The notes beneath the pieces are model-generated. The model was not told the DNA's origin and did no database searches. It saw only the letters and a program-made list of their open reading frames with translations. A DNA stretch of 64,000 bases from an uncultured Chlorobiaceae bacterium (GTDB taxonomy: Bacteria; Bacteroidota; Ignavibacteria; UBA10030; SZUA-254): assembly GCA_964484465.1 (NCBI GenBank), contig CAZAFL010000003.1:11731-75730 (forward strand), given 5' to 3'. The translations under genes were made by a program, and so were the position numbers. How positions within the stretch are numbered: the stretch's first letter is position 1; every line of letters begins with the position of its first letter. Shown here piece after piece: positions 1-10,391 of this stretch.

Positions 1-548
1 CTTTCGACGTGATTAATGTTCTCGTTTCTCTTCTCGGAAGAATTATTTTTGATTTCAATTTATGGAACAAGAATCGCCAGGATTTCCCGGTGCTGATTGT
101 CTTCGAGGAGGCACACACCTACCTTTCAACGACAGGGAGAAGCCATGCCGCGAGAAAAACCGTCGAACGAATCGCGAAAGAAGGAAGAAAATATGGCGTA
201 AGCTGTATGATTGTGAGCCAGCGACCGGCGGAAATATCCGAGACAATTACATCACAATGTAATAATTTTCTCGCGATGCGTCTGTTGAATCCCCACGACC
301 AGCAGTATGTCCGGAAGCTCGTGCCTGATACGCTGTCAAATATGATCGACATCCTGCCGACACTTCGTCAGGGAGAAGCCTTCATGATCGGTGACGCGGT
401 CGCCATACCGACAAGGGTGATGATCGATATGCCTTCGCCTCCACCGGCAAGCGGAGATATTAAGTTTTTTGGAAAATGGCAAAAGAAAGACGCCGACACT
501 AATGTTACCGACGTCGTTAACAACTGGTGGAAGCAAACGAGAACCTGA
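1..548 (+). CDS. HerA/FtsK-superfamily ATPase, C-terminal part (5' end lies outside the window)
   Basis: The reading frame runs off the window start (..FDVINVL..). It has a Walker-B-like hhhhEEAH (VLIVFEEAH) and a sensor motif IVSQRP typical of the HerA/DUF87 ATPase core, and is followed by a hairpin terminator. Confidence 0.55.
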   Translation, partial: FDVINVLVSLLGRIIFDFNLWNKNRQDFPVLIVFEEAHTYLSTTGRSHAARKTVERIAKEGRKYGVSCMIVSQRPAEISETITSQCNNFLAMRLLNPHDQQYVRKLVPDTLSNMIDILPTLRQGEAFMIGDAVAIPTRVMIDMPSPPPASGDIKFFGKWQKKDADTNVTDVVNNWWKQTRT

Positions 549-570
549 ATTCTGCAACACGCTAAAATTA

Positions 571-606
571 AAAAGCCGGCTCTCCTTTTGGGAACCGGCT
601 TTTTTG
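571..606. terminator. Putative bidirectional intrinsic terminator between convergent genes
   Basis: AAAAGCCGG...CCGGCTTTTTT: a short GC stem flanked by an A-run on one side and a T-run on the other. Confidence 0.4.
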
Positions 607-623
607 TATATCCCGGACTCCTT

Positions 624-3600
624 TTACTTAATCAACAACATTTTCTTCACACTCGTAAACGGTGTTCCGGACAGGTTTCCGTCTTCGTCTGTTACGGGCT
701 GGGCAACGAGTCTGTAGAAATACACTCCTGAAGAGAGATTTCCCGCATCAAATGCAATTTCCGTCCACCCTTCCTCCATCATTTCATGATCCTTTAACGT
801 TGCAACTTCCTGCCCCAACAAGTTATACACTTTCATGGTAATGATTGCCGGATTCGGTAGTTCAAACCGTATCTTCGTAGAAGGATTAAACGGATTCGGA
901 TAATTCTGATGCAGCATGTAGCTCACCGGCGTCATATCACCGACCACCTCCGGTGCGATATGATTCACTGGAGCAATACCGGGCGTCGGATGCAGGAATG
1001 GAACATCAATCAGGCGCCGTACCCCGGTTAAGCTCGTTTTTGCCGCGAACGAGTTCGTATCGATGACATTGCTGCTAAATGCAGAGTCGATACTTCGGAT
1101 AACATCGTACACTTCTGCGGGTGTTAGTGTGTCCCCTCCTTTTGTCGTATCGAGCAGGCACGAGATAACAAGGTCTGCTTTGCTGATAATTGTGTCGATT
1201 GTTTGTCCGTTGAGTAAATTCCCAGGCTGCGAGTTATCGTTGAACGTCAGCTCACCCAAACCATTCGGAAATTTGTTAAAGGCGCTTGCCGCGACATTCA
1301 ATTTCAACGCTGTGAGTTCGCCAAGAAGTTTGTTATTATGCTTGTCAGGGGACAGGCCTTCCTGTTGACGGTCTATCAAATGACCATTCCCGCTAACGCC
1401 GTTGTAGAAATCCAAGCATCTTGGGTCAAGTCCGTGGTATCGCACTCCAAAGGAAGAGACCTTCACCAGAGTTTTCATAACATCGGCGTATTTCTTATGG
1501 ATCACCGAATGTGCGCCATTGATTCCCTGCGGTACACCGACGATCATACCTGTCGGGAAGGCAACGCCCAGACCCTGACCAAATCCTTTCGGGAAAAGCT
1601 CCTCACCCACATTGTGGAGGTTTGGTAATGGCAGGCGAGGGGCATTCAATTTATAGCCGGTGTCTGGAATACGGACAGTTATTGTCTTTGTCCCAACCGT
1701 CCAAGCGACGGAGGTTCTTAGTTTCATACCTTTCGCACCAATACCCTCGACCTGAAATGTATCGCCGCTATCAATTGCAGCAGTGTACTGAACCGAACTC
1801 TGGCCTGTCCAGGAGAGAAGGGTATCTGCTTTTGCCTTGCCCGTGCTCAATCTTGCATCTGTCAACATCGAGAATTTAAGGGTGAAACCCTGTGAATTCT
1901 TCGGCGCGACGATGTTGAACTTAAACTCCACCTTATTGGCTTTTCGTCGAACAGCTTTGCGCTTAAGGCTCTGGTCCAAAGCGTTTGCCCAGTCTTCGTA
2001 CTTGCCTGTGCGGTACATCTGACCGAACGCCGGTGCTGCATTGATGAAATCAAGTGTTTTATTTTGTCCATCCGTGACAAGCACATTCCAGGAATTCATT
2101 GATGTATAGGTCGGTCCGGGGTCCATTATACCAAGATGGACCCATCCACTGCTGTCAGCCTCGACGCCAAAATACAGCCCATCTATAAGTCCCGGCACAG
2201 TGAGTGAATCGCCGTCATTACTCGCGACGAGAGGACCGTCAGCAGCTGATTTGTGAAGTTCAAGATGCCAGCTCTTTAGTGTCCTATCGCCGGTCGTGGT
2301 AAAATCTCCATCATTGTCGACAAACTTCCTGACAGTTATTGAATTGGGATGAAAGTTGCCAAAGTTGAATCCGGAATCCAGCACTGCCGCACCGACAGTT
2401 ACGATGTATGCACGAGGACCGGCGCCCGGTCCGAACGTTGACAATGTTACTCCAGGATCACCTATTCTTGGAACTGTTTGTATCCATCCAACCTGTAAGC
2501 TTTCTTCGACGGTATATGTATCGGCGGCGATGCCGGTGAACGAATAATGTCCGCCTCCGCTTGTCACAGTTCTCGCCTGCAGAATACCGCCTTTGTAGAG
2601 CTTGATAACCCATCCGTCGATCGCGTTATTTCCGGTAACCAAGCTGTCGTTTTCCACATCATTATATTTCGTTCCGCTAATGACATACTGGAAATTCCCG
2701 AAATCGTTGCCGGTGGAATTCTGACCGGATGAAAGTGGAATATTGTATGATGCGGGGCTAGTGGTTTGCGTCCATCCGGTTTGCTGCGTTTCACTCACGG
2801 TATAAATTCCCGCAGGTAAGCTGGTAAAGGAATACTGGCCATTAATGTCGGTTTGCGTCGTACCGTTTACAGTTCCAGTCAATTGAATCGTCCATCCCTG
2901 CAATACCGGTTCACTATTATTGACGCCATTTGCATTCAGGTCGTTAAACTTCAAACCTGAAATTGAAGCAGTGCCAGGAGCAATTCCTGTCCCGATCGCT
3001 CTGATGAGCCATGCGGAATAGGCCGGTTTCCAGTTCAGGGTATTGCCGGCATCGCCGGAATAGAGGCTGCGGCTCTGGTCCCCGGAAAAATCCGCACCCT
3101 GAGGATATGGTAAACCTGTGTACGTTATACTTACCCAGAAATCACTCCCATTATACATAGAAGGAGCATTCACCAACGGCAGCGACATGTATTCTCCTGA
3201 AGAACTAGAGGCAACATAATCGCTTCCCCCAAGTTTCTCGCTATACAGAAGGGCACCGGGTGTATTGTTATCGGCACCCTTACCCCAAACACGAACGAGC
3301 AATGAATCACTGCTTCCCATATTATTGATAAAGGCATCAACTTGCGTTAACTGGAGAGTTTGTGCGGGAGTAAATCGAACCGCTGCTGTAAATGAAGAGG
3401 CATTTCCGAATCCGACGTCGCCTTTTGAAGGATTCGTATTACCATCGTCATACAGTAAAGAAACTATTCCTCCCGGATATACGCGGGAGTGTCCCGTGGT
3501 AGTATTATTTGCTCCGTTGCCGTCTCCGATGGCACTCACTGTCGCTGAAATATTATGAGACCCCAAAACACTCGTCGAGTAATGCAGTCTTGCGGACTGT

Positions 3601-6077
3601 GACTGCTGTGAATTCACCGGACCACCGGAATATGGCGTTTGTGATGATCCGGAGACATTCCAATTAATCGAATAAGAAACAGAGCTTTGTCCAAGGTTAC
3701 CGACCAGCACATCAACAGAATCATTATACACCGTTGTAGTTTTCGAAGAATGATTCAAAGGGATACTCACCTGATGAACCGCCGTTGTCGAGATAGCACC
3801 TTTACGTGTCCATCGTTCGAGGGCAATATTCCCTGTGCTTTTCATGTCTAACTGATCCGCCTGGAGCTCCGGTTGCTCATTCGATGGGAAGATGAATTTG
3901 GTTTTGGGACTGATAATAAGCGGCGGAACCGAAGGCGTCAATGACCCAAGAGACAGGTCTACGGGTAGAACATCATTCAAATACTGCAACATAACGTCGT
4001 CCACGCGGATGGTATTACCTGCTGCCGAATAATCATGGAAAGCTATATAATAGAGAGAGTCAGTATTTACGCTGAAATCCTGCTGAACATATTCAAAGGC
4101 TGTGTTGGTGTTAAAGGCTCTGCTGTTGATGATCTGAGACGAGCTAACAGGTGGGCTGAAACCGACAGTCACGTCTAAACTATCTATGCCTTGTGGGCTT
4201 GCATTAATGAATGTTCGATCCCACCAGCTCAATCGGTAAATCTTATTATGTTTAAGCGTAATAGGTCCAAAATAAAGCCAATCATTTGCCTTACCGCTTG
4301 CAATCGAGCCTGTTCCGTCTTTTGCCGAACCGGGAGTCGAGTGGACTACACTGACATCACGCAGCCACGTGAAATTTCCGTTCGAGTTTACTACCCCCCA
4401 GCATGGAGGTGGAAACGTAGTGGTAGTAAAATCCTGGAACATTAACGTTGCTCCTGGGGCTATTCCCTGAACGCCAAAGTCAATTTTATCCTGACTATTC
4501 CCAGGACTGACAGCAACGGTGTATGCTCCTAGACAAGATGGCAGCGAAAGTGGAATTGTCTGAACCCAGCCGGTTTCAAGACTTTCACTTACAGTGTAGG
4601 TGCCGGACGTCAGCGAGGTCATCGAATACATTCCGTTGACGTCTGTGTAAATGGAGTCGTTTGAAGGTCCGTACGCACGCACCCGCCAGCCCGACAAACC
4701 CGGCTCGCCAATATCCTTGACCCTGTTCCCATTGAGATCGTTAAACACCGTCCCATTTATGGAGTTACCCGGTAAGGGTGTTAAATATATATCCAGATTT
4801 TGGGTATTATTAAGAACAAAAGTTAGTGTTGTGTCCTTTGGAAAATGCTGAGCCGACCTGAGATGGACCGTAGGGGATAATGTCGGATCATCGGTAAAAT
4901 AATTCAATGCATAACTTCCGCTGACATTGAGAGAATCCAAATTTTCTGTCGTGGTTATTGTAGCCGAAAGCGGGGTGCTGTTAACTCCATCCCGCACTGT
5001 CCCCTGTATAGTCGTCGTTGAAGCTCCAACATAATGATAAATCATACCGGGCCAATTGCTCCCGAAGGAATTCGTGCTTCCGGCAAGCCAGACGTCATTC
5101 GGCGCAAGCGGGTTAAGTTTGAGATTCCATGAAACGAATCCGGAATATCCTCCTGAAAGATCGATCTTAATGCCATTCTGAAAATGCTGGTATGTCATTC
5201 CTCCATCTGTCGTCCGGTCGATTCCATAACCAGAGCTGGAGAACCTTCCGGTGTACAATGTTTCCGGATGCACTGGATCTATAACTAACGACCAAAGAGC
5301 TGTGTCTTTCAGAATTGCAGCGTAAAACCACGTACTTCCCCCGTCAGTTGTTTTAATTAATCCGCAATTAGTTTCAGGAGGATTATCGGAAAACACGTTC
5401 GCATACCCGATAAGAGGATGAACGGGGTTAAAAACGATTTTAGGGACTTCACTCGTGTGAGCGTTAAATACCTGAGTCCAGTGAACACCGGCGTCGTTGC
5501 TTTTTGATATCGTACCGCCTCCAGATCCCACAAGAATGACGTTCCCGCTGTCCGGTCTCACAACAACACCGCACAACCAATCTCCGGATGTGTATTGCGC
5601 TGTCCATGTTTCTCCCCTGTTTGTACTGCGATACACAGTTCCGTCGCCATAATTCCCTGCATACATCGTATCAGGATGTTGTTTATCGTAGTCGATACTC
5701 TCACCATCAATCCCGTAATTTGCAATGACCTGGTACCAGCTTTGCCCGCCGTTCACGGTTTTCCACATTCCGCCAAGATCACGGAGAATAAACATTGTAA
5801 GCGTATCGTTAGGATGGATGAAGATATTCCTCATTCCCCTGAATGGGCCGGGGACAGGAGTCAATTGAGTCCAGGTTTTTCCCTTATCATGTGAAACATT
5901 CAATACACCGGTTCGGTCCTCGGCGTAAATCGTATTCGGATTATAGGGATTGATTGCGACATTATAACCGACACTTTGAAAGCGCGCCCGCCAATAGGAA
6001 TTTTGTGCGATAAGGGATGTTGTGATCCCCAGGGAAAGAGTGACGAATAAACAAAAGAACGATAAAAATCGCTTCAT
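624..6077 (-). CDS. Very large secreted T9SS cargo protein with BNR/Asp-box repeats and SdrD/CnaB-like beta-sandwich repeats
   Basis: Signal peptide MKRFLSFFCLFVTLSLGITTSLIAQ. There are multiple SxDxGxTW-like motifs (HDKGKTWTQ, STNRGETWT, TTDGGSTWF), repeated GxxNDxNGNGxxDxGE modules, and a C-terminal ~80-aa T9SS type-A sorting domain (NYPNPFNPSTKIRF...SGVYFYRLVA). Start trimmed to Met20 of the ORF-track protein. Confidence 0.75.
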   Translation of the reverse strand: MKRFLSFFCLFVTLSLGITTSLIAQNSYWRARFQSVGYNVAINPYNPNTIYAEDRTGVLNVSHDKGKTWTQLTPVPGPFRGMRNIFIHPNDTLTMFILRDLGGMWKTVNGGQSWYQVIANYGIDGESIDYDKQHPDTMYAGNYGDGTVYRSTNRGETWTAQYTSGDWLCGVVVRPDSGNVILVGSGGGTISKSNDAGVHWTQVFNAHTSEVPKIVFNPVHPLIGYANVFSDNPPETNCGLIKTTDGGSTWFYAAILKDTALWSLVIDPVHPETLYTGRFSSSGYGIDRTTDGGMTYQHFQNGIKIDLSGGYSGFVSWNLKLNPLAPNDVWLAGSTNSFGSNWPGMIYHYVGASTTTIQGTVRDGVNSTPLSATITTTENLDSLNVSGSYALNYFTDDPTLSPTVHLRSAQHFPKDTTLTFVLNNTQNLDIYLTPLPGNSINGTVFNDLNGNRVKDIGEPGLSGWRVRAYGPSNDSIYTDVNGMYSMTSLTSGTYTVSESLETGWVQTIPLSLPSCLGAYTVAVSPGNSQDKIDFGVQGIAPGATLMFQDFTTTTFPPPCWGVVNSNGNFTWLRDVSVVHSTPGSAKDGTGSIASGKANDWLYFGPITLKHNKIYRLSWWDRTFINASPQGIDSLDVTVGFSPPVSSSQIINSRAFNTNTAFEYVQQDFSVNTDSLYYIAFHDYSAAGNTIRVDDVMLQYLNDVLPVDLSLGSLTPSVPPLIISPKTKFIFPSNEQPELQADQLDMKSTGNIALERWTRKGAISTTAVHQVSIPLNHSSKTTTVYNDSVDVLVGNLGQSSVSYSINWNVSGSSQTPYSGGPVNSQQSQSARLHYSTSVLGSHNISATVSAIGDGNGANNTTTGHSRVYPGGIVSLLYDDGNTNPSKGDVGFGNASSFTAAVRFTPAQTLQLTQVDAFINNMGSSDSLLVRVWGKGADNNTPGALLYSEKLGGSDYVASSSSGEYMSLPLVNAPSMYNGSDFWVSITYTGLPYPQGADFSGDQSRSLYSGDAGNTLNWKPAYSAWLIRAIGTGIAPGTASISGLKFNDLNANGVNNSEPVLQGWTIQLTGTVNGTTQTDINGQYSFTSLPAGIYTVSETQQTGWTQTTSPASYNIPLSSGQNSTGNDFGNFQYVISGTKYNDVENDSLVTGNNAIDGWVIKLYKGGILQARTVTSGGGHYSFTGIAADTYTVEESLQVGWIQTVPRIGDPGVTLSTFGPGAGPRAYIVTVGAAVLDSGFNFGNFHPNSITVRKFVDNDGDFTTTGDRTLKSWHLELHKSAADGPLVASNDGDSLTVPGLIDGLYFGVEADSSGWVHLGIMDPGPTYTSMNSWNVLVTDGQNKTLDFINAAPAFGQMYRTGKYEDWANALDQSLKRKAVRRKANKVEFKFNIVAPKNSQGFTLKFSMLTDARLSTGKAKADTLLSWTGQSSVQYTAAIDSGDTFQVEGIGAKGMKLRTSVAWTVGTKTITVRIPDTGYKLNAPRLPLPNLHNVGEELFPKGFGQGLGVAFPTGMIVGVPQGINGAHSVIHKKYADVMKTLVKVSSFGVRYHGLDPRCLDFYNGVSGNGHLIDRQQEGLSPDKHNNKLLGELTALKLNVAASAFNKFPNGLGELTFNDNSQPGNLLNGQTIDTIISKADLVISCLLDTTKGGDTLTPAEVYDVIRSIDSAFSSNVIDTNSFAAKTSLTGVRRLIDVPFLHPTPGIAPVNHIAPEVVGDMTPVSYMLHQNYPNPFNPSTKIRFELPNPAIITMKVYNLLGQEVATLKDHEMMEEGWTEIAFDAGNLSSGVYFYRLVAQPVTDEDGNLSGTPFTSVKKMLLIK

Positions 6078-6245
6078 GATACGCCCCTTAAATGTTAAGA
6101 AGAACTTGTGATGGTGACCGATCCGTAACCCCAAGCAACAAATAGGTAAGTCATTTCTATTTAAAGAAAGGATAGATGAAAGTCAAGGAAAATATTGGAA
6201 AATGAGGAAGGAATAGAATCAAACAGGCTCATGACCGGAAAGGAT

Positions 6246-8768
6246 TCATTTTACCAACTGCATTTTACGCACCTGCTGATTAACTTGTCCGGTTCCAAAG
6301 TTAGATGCAATCAAACGATAATAATAGATTCCTGTTGAAAGTCCATTCGCGTTGAATAGTACTTCCTTCACCCCGGCAGTCATTTTCTGATTGTTGATGA
6401 TCACCGATACTTCCTGGCCAAGCAAATTGTATACTTTCAAGGAGACGGTACCGGAATGAGGGAGCGCAAACCGAATCACCGTCGACGGATTAAACGGGTT
6501 CGGGTAATTCTGATCGAGATGAAACGATTCCGGACCTCCGGTTGTGAAGTCATCATCAACGCCCAATATAATCGAGCCATCGAAATATCCAATAACTTTC
6601 TGCATGACATTTTTCCTGTTGCTCGACGGATTAATCGCTTCAAACCCATACCCGAAGAAAATTACTTTACTGCCCGAAACACTGTCTACTATTCTCACTC
6701 CGGCTATTCCCCCTGTTCCAGAACCCCCGTACGCAAAGACGAGGCGTGCGTTCGGGTTCAACACCGATATAATATCGGGAGATGACTGGTTGTAGGCGCC
6801 TCCCTGTCCGACAATAAGAAAGCCCATCGATGAAAATAATTCGGCTGTTCCAAGACCTTTGACAACAATTCCGAACCCCCCCGGATATCCGCCATAAGTA
6901 AGACCAAGGGTAGTGTGGAAAAAATGTGCAGTATCATTCATTTCAAGAATATCCTGTCCTGTGATAAACAGGTTGCCGCCCCCAGCGACATAAGCATCCA
7001 GACTATCCGCCTGACCCTGCGCGAGAGGGGTATGTTTTGAACCGGTAAAATAAATCAAAACGTTCTTCAGAAATTGATTCGTTTTACTCAAAGGCGCAGG
7101 ACCCCTTGTTATCATGTTCCACACATAAGACTTCAATCCTAAACTTTGAAGGGCGCTGACATAATAATTCATATAACTTGCACTGTCTTCACCGACGACA
7201 AAAATATCGGCGCGAGGGTTAAACGACAGGTTCAAGCCGTTTGTATCCAGGTTCAACTGGGTCACAGTGATATTCGCAAATGGAAGGTCGTTCGGCTCGA
7301 TTGTCATGCGTGCGTAGGAAACGACGCCCGAATATGAGACATACAAACTGTCGAAATGAAATGCCCCATACGTATCCGTACTGTCGGAGAGAACAAGGCT
7401 GTCTGACGGTGTCACAATGGTCAATTCCACTTTTGCGGCAACGGGTATTCCCGTCAGCGAATCTATCACCGTTCCATGAATCGAAGCTTTCGGAAGTTTT
7501 TGAAGTTTGATATTCTGAAGTCGGATTGAATCAAGAACAAACGTAAGTTGCTCGTCATGTGGATAGTAGGGATACGCATTCACGTGAACCATGGGGGTAA
7601 GCGACGGGTCTCCATCATAATAACGAAAGAGAAATGAACCGCCTGTTACCGCAAGATTCGCCGAATCACCCATCGCTGGTATTTTGATTGAGCCATTCGA
7701 GATGGGGATGTTCGTCTCCGCATCGAGGACTTGACCTTGCACTGTCGTCGTCGAAAACGACCACCGGTAAATTCCTCCGAAACCGAACACATCATTTGTT
7801 ACCGACGCCCATAACATGGAAGGGTCAACGGGGTGAATCTTCAGGCTCCATTGATAGCCTCCTTCGGGCATACCGTCCGCGAGGGAACTCCAGTTCAAAC
7901 CGCCATCGGTCGTTTTGAACACAGTACTCGGCGCATCGACAAAAGTTCCGGCGTAGACGGTATTCTGGTCATGAGAGTCGACAACCATCGACCATGTAGA
8001 AAGATAATCGAGTGCAGTCTGGTACCAGTGTTCTCCTCCGTCAGTCGTCTTCCACACACCCAGGTTATTTGTCCCGGCGTTAACAGTTGCATATGCGGTC
8101 ATCGGGTCGACGGCGCTGACGACAATTCTGGGGATTTCCTGACTCCCTCCCTGACCGGTCTTGACCACACGCCATGTTGCACCGAAATCCGAGCTTTTTG
8201 AAATAGTCCCTCCACCGGTCCCGGCGTAAAGAATATTTCCACTGTCAGGGCGTACAGCCAATGCGCACATCACAGAGTGTGAAGTTCCCTCGAGCACCCA
8301 GGAAAGGCCCCGGTTTGTGCTTCGGTAAACCGCACCATCGCTGAAATTCCCCGCATACATCGTATCTGGATGAACAGGGTCATACGTTATACTTTCACCG
8401 TCGATTCCGTAACCCGGAATCACTGTCTGCCATGTCGACCCGTTGTCCGTGCTCCTCTTCATGCTCGCGCTGAACGTCGCACAGAAAATTGTATTAGTAT
8501 CGTAAGGATGCACAAGTATTTGCCGGATCTGTCCGAATCCCGGCGATGTACGCTGGACCCATGACACCCCTTTGTTGTGCGAAACATAGAATGTCCCGAA
8601 TTCACCTTCAGCATAGACCGTGGCGGGGTTTAAGGGATTGATTCCTACCGTCGTCGCTACGCTTGAAAGTCTCTTTCTCCAGGAATAGACCTGTGAGAAC
8701 GCAGGAGTATGGCTTTCACAAATAATGATAATAAGGAGAAAAAGGAAAACTGCTGCGGGACGTGACAT
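6246..8768 (-). CDS. Secreted BNR-repeat protein with T9SS C-terminal sorting domain (paralog of 624..6077)
   Basis: Signal peptide, BNR-like motifs (STDNGSTWQ, TTDGGEHWY, TTDGGLNWS, SSDFGATWR), and C-terminus NYPNPFNPSTVIRFALP...GIYYYRL. Confidence 0.75.
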   Translation of the reverse strand: MSRPAAVFLFLLIIIICESHTPAFSQVYSWRKRLSSVATTVGINPLNPATVYAEGEFGTFYVSHNKGVSWVQRTSPGFGQIRQILVHPYDTNTIFCATFSASMKRSTDNGSTWQTVIPGYGIDGESITYDPVHPDTMYAGNFSDGAVYRSTNRGLSWVLEGTSHSVMCALAVRPDSGNILYAGTGGGTISKSSDFGATWRVVKTGQGGSQEIPRIVVSAVDPMTAYATVNAGTNNLGVWKTTDGGEHWYQTALDYLSTWSMVVDSHDQNTVYAGTFVDAPSTVFKTTDGGLNWSSLADGMPEGGYQWSLKIHPVDPSMLWASVTNDVFGFGGIYRWSFSTTTVQGQVLDAETNIPISNGSIKIPAMGDSANLAVTGGSFLFRYYDGDPSLTPMVHVNAYPYYPHDEQLTFVLDSIRLQNIKLQKLPKASIHGTVIDSLTGIPVAAKVELTIVTPSDSLVLSDSTDTYGAFHFDSLYVSYSGVVSYARMTIEPNDLPFANITVTQLNLDTNGLNLSFNPRADIFVVGEDSASYMNYYVSALQSLGLKSYVWNMITRGPAPLSKTNQFLKNVLIYFTGSKHTPLAQGQADSLDAYVAGGGNLFITGQDILEMNDTAHFFHTTLGLTYGGYPGGFGIVVKGLGTAELFSSMGFLIVGQGGAYNQSSPDIISVLNPNARLVFAYGGSGTGGIAGVRIVDSVSGSKVIFFGYGFEAINPSSNRKNVMQKVIGYFDGSIILGVDDDFTTGGPESFHLDQNYPNPFNPSTVIRFALPHSGTVSLKVYNLLGQEVSVIINNQKMTAGVKEVLFNANGLSTGIYYYRLIASNFGTGQVNQQVRKMQLVK

Positions 8769-8905
8769 TGAAAATCAGACTGGTGGTCGAATCGGAATTT
8801 ATACCAATCTATCAAGTATAAGTCCGAAAGTCAAGAACTGTCCCACAACGAGGCGGTGAGACAGCTCTTGATGATTTCGAGAATCTGTACGGTTATTGCT
8901 GCGGT

Positions 8906-10390
8906 TTAATTTTTTTCTTCCAGGACGGGCGCTTTTCCCAGGACGTCATCTATTGTCATATTCTGAATCGGTGCAAGATTCAGTCCGGATATTCCCTTTT
9001 CAATTTGCTGACGGTCACCCACGACAACAATTGCCATTTTCTCTGGGTCAAGATACTTTTTCGCAACCCGCTCCACATCATTCTTCGTGACGGCCAGAAT
9101 GTTTTTGACGTAATTGTTAAAATAATCATCCGATAAATTATAGAAGACAAGGTCGGACAATTGAGCCGCAACCGCTGCAACCGACTCGAAATTTTCGGGG
9201 TAACGTAACGTGAGATAATTTTTTGCCCGAATCAGTTCATCATCGGATACAGGCTGACGGATACCGGTAAGTTCTTTCATAAATTCGACCAGTGACTTAT
9301 CTGTTACTGCAGTTTGGACCGCCGCCCGGGCGATAAAGGGGCCGGGAAGCGGGCGGAAATCGAACGATGAACCCGCGCCATAAGTATAGCCATGCTGTTC
9401 ACGCAAATTCTGATTGAGCCGGGAAGTAAACGAACCGCCAAGTATCGTGTTCATCACAAGCAAAGGATAGTAATCCTCGGTCAGTCGTGGAACACCGAGA
9501 CTGCCGATGCGGATCTCCGACTGAGCAGCGGAAGGTTTGTCGACCAGATAAATTTGGCGTGACGTTAGTTGACCTACACTCTCCCATGACGCCTTGGGAA
9601 TCTGTTGAGCTTCCCATTTTCCCAGCGCTGCCTCAATTTTCGGTTGAATGGTTTCCCTTGTAATATCCCCGACGACGATCAGAATTGCATTATTCGGATG
9701 AAAGTAGGTTGTATGGAATGATTTTATATCGTTCACACTGATCGTCCGGATGGTTTTCTCATCGCCGATTGTCGGAATACCGTATGGATGATGTGTTCCA
9801 AATACGGTGCGGTTGAATATCACGGAAGCGATCGAACGCGGCTCGTCGTGCCATTGTATGAGCGTTGTCAGCCGCTCTTTGCGTTTTCTTTCAAGCTCTT
9901 CAGGCGAGAACATCGGCTTCAATGCTATATCTGAAAACAGCACAAGCGCCGAATCGAGTTTGGACAAAGGCGTATGAAGAATAACGTTTGATGTATGTTG
10001 ACCTGCAAACGTGGAAATGTCGGCACCAAGATAATCGATTGCATCAGCAAGCTGAAGAGCGTTTCTGGAACCGGCCCCTTCTTCCATCATGGCAACTGCC
10101 ACGCTGGCGAGACCCGGTTTATCTGCCGGATCATTGGCAGAACCGGCTTTTACCAGCAATTCCATTTGAACAAGCGGTACTTCATGCTTTTCCATCAATA
10201 CGACAGGCAAGCCGTTTGACAGCGTAAAGTGGGTGATTGGCGGCAGCTTTAGCGAGGGAGGCGGTCCGAGTTTCGGAGGCATTGACCGATCCACTTTTTG
10301 AGCATCCGCGAGAGATGGCTGTATCAGGGAGAATACAAGAAACAGTATTCCAGTTAATAACGTGATTGTCAAGTACCTACTCCAATTCAT
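8906..10390 (-). CDS. M16-family peptidase, catalytically inactive-type subunit (no HxxEH)
   Basis: M16 fold signatures (GSxNDPxxxPGLA, two-domain length) but no HxxEH motif. It has a signal peptide, and its start overlaps the upstream M16 gene. The ATG at 10390 (MNWSRY..) is preferred over the TTG at 10447. Confidence 0.7.
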   Translation of the reverse strand: MNWSRYLTITLLTGILFLVFSLIQPSLADAQKVDRSMPPKLGPPPSLKLPPITHFTLSNGLPVVLMEKHEVPLVQMELLVKAGSANDPADKPGLASVAVAMMEEGAGSRNALQLADAIDYLGADISTFAGQHTSNVILHTPLSKLDSALVLFSDIALKPMFSPEELERKRKERLTTLIQWHDEPRSIASVIFNRTVFGTHHPYGIPTIGDEKTIRTISVNDIKSFHTTYFHPNNAILIVVGDITRETIQPKIEAALGKWEAQQIPKASWESVGQLTSRQIYLVDKPSAAQSEIRIGSLGVPRLTEDYYPLLVMNTILGGSFTSRLNQNLREQHGYTYGAGSSFDFRPLPGPFIARAAVQTAVTDKSLVEFMKELTGIRQPVSDDELIRAKNYLTLRYPENFESVAAVAAQLSDLVFYNLSDDYFNNYVKNILAVTKNDVERVAKKYLDPEKMAIVVVGDRQQIEKGISGLNLAPIQNMTIDDVLGKAPVLEEKN

Positions 10391-10391
10391 A

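Noticed and set aside
1338-5894. Numerous 60-100-aa ORFs on the + strand inside the 1836-aa gene (and similar ORFs inside other long genes)
   Set aside because: They are antisense to long, motif-rich CDSs and have no RBS or independent support. They are typical of spurious reading frames.
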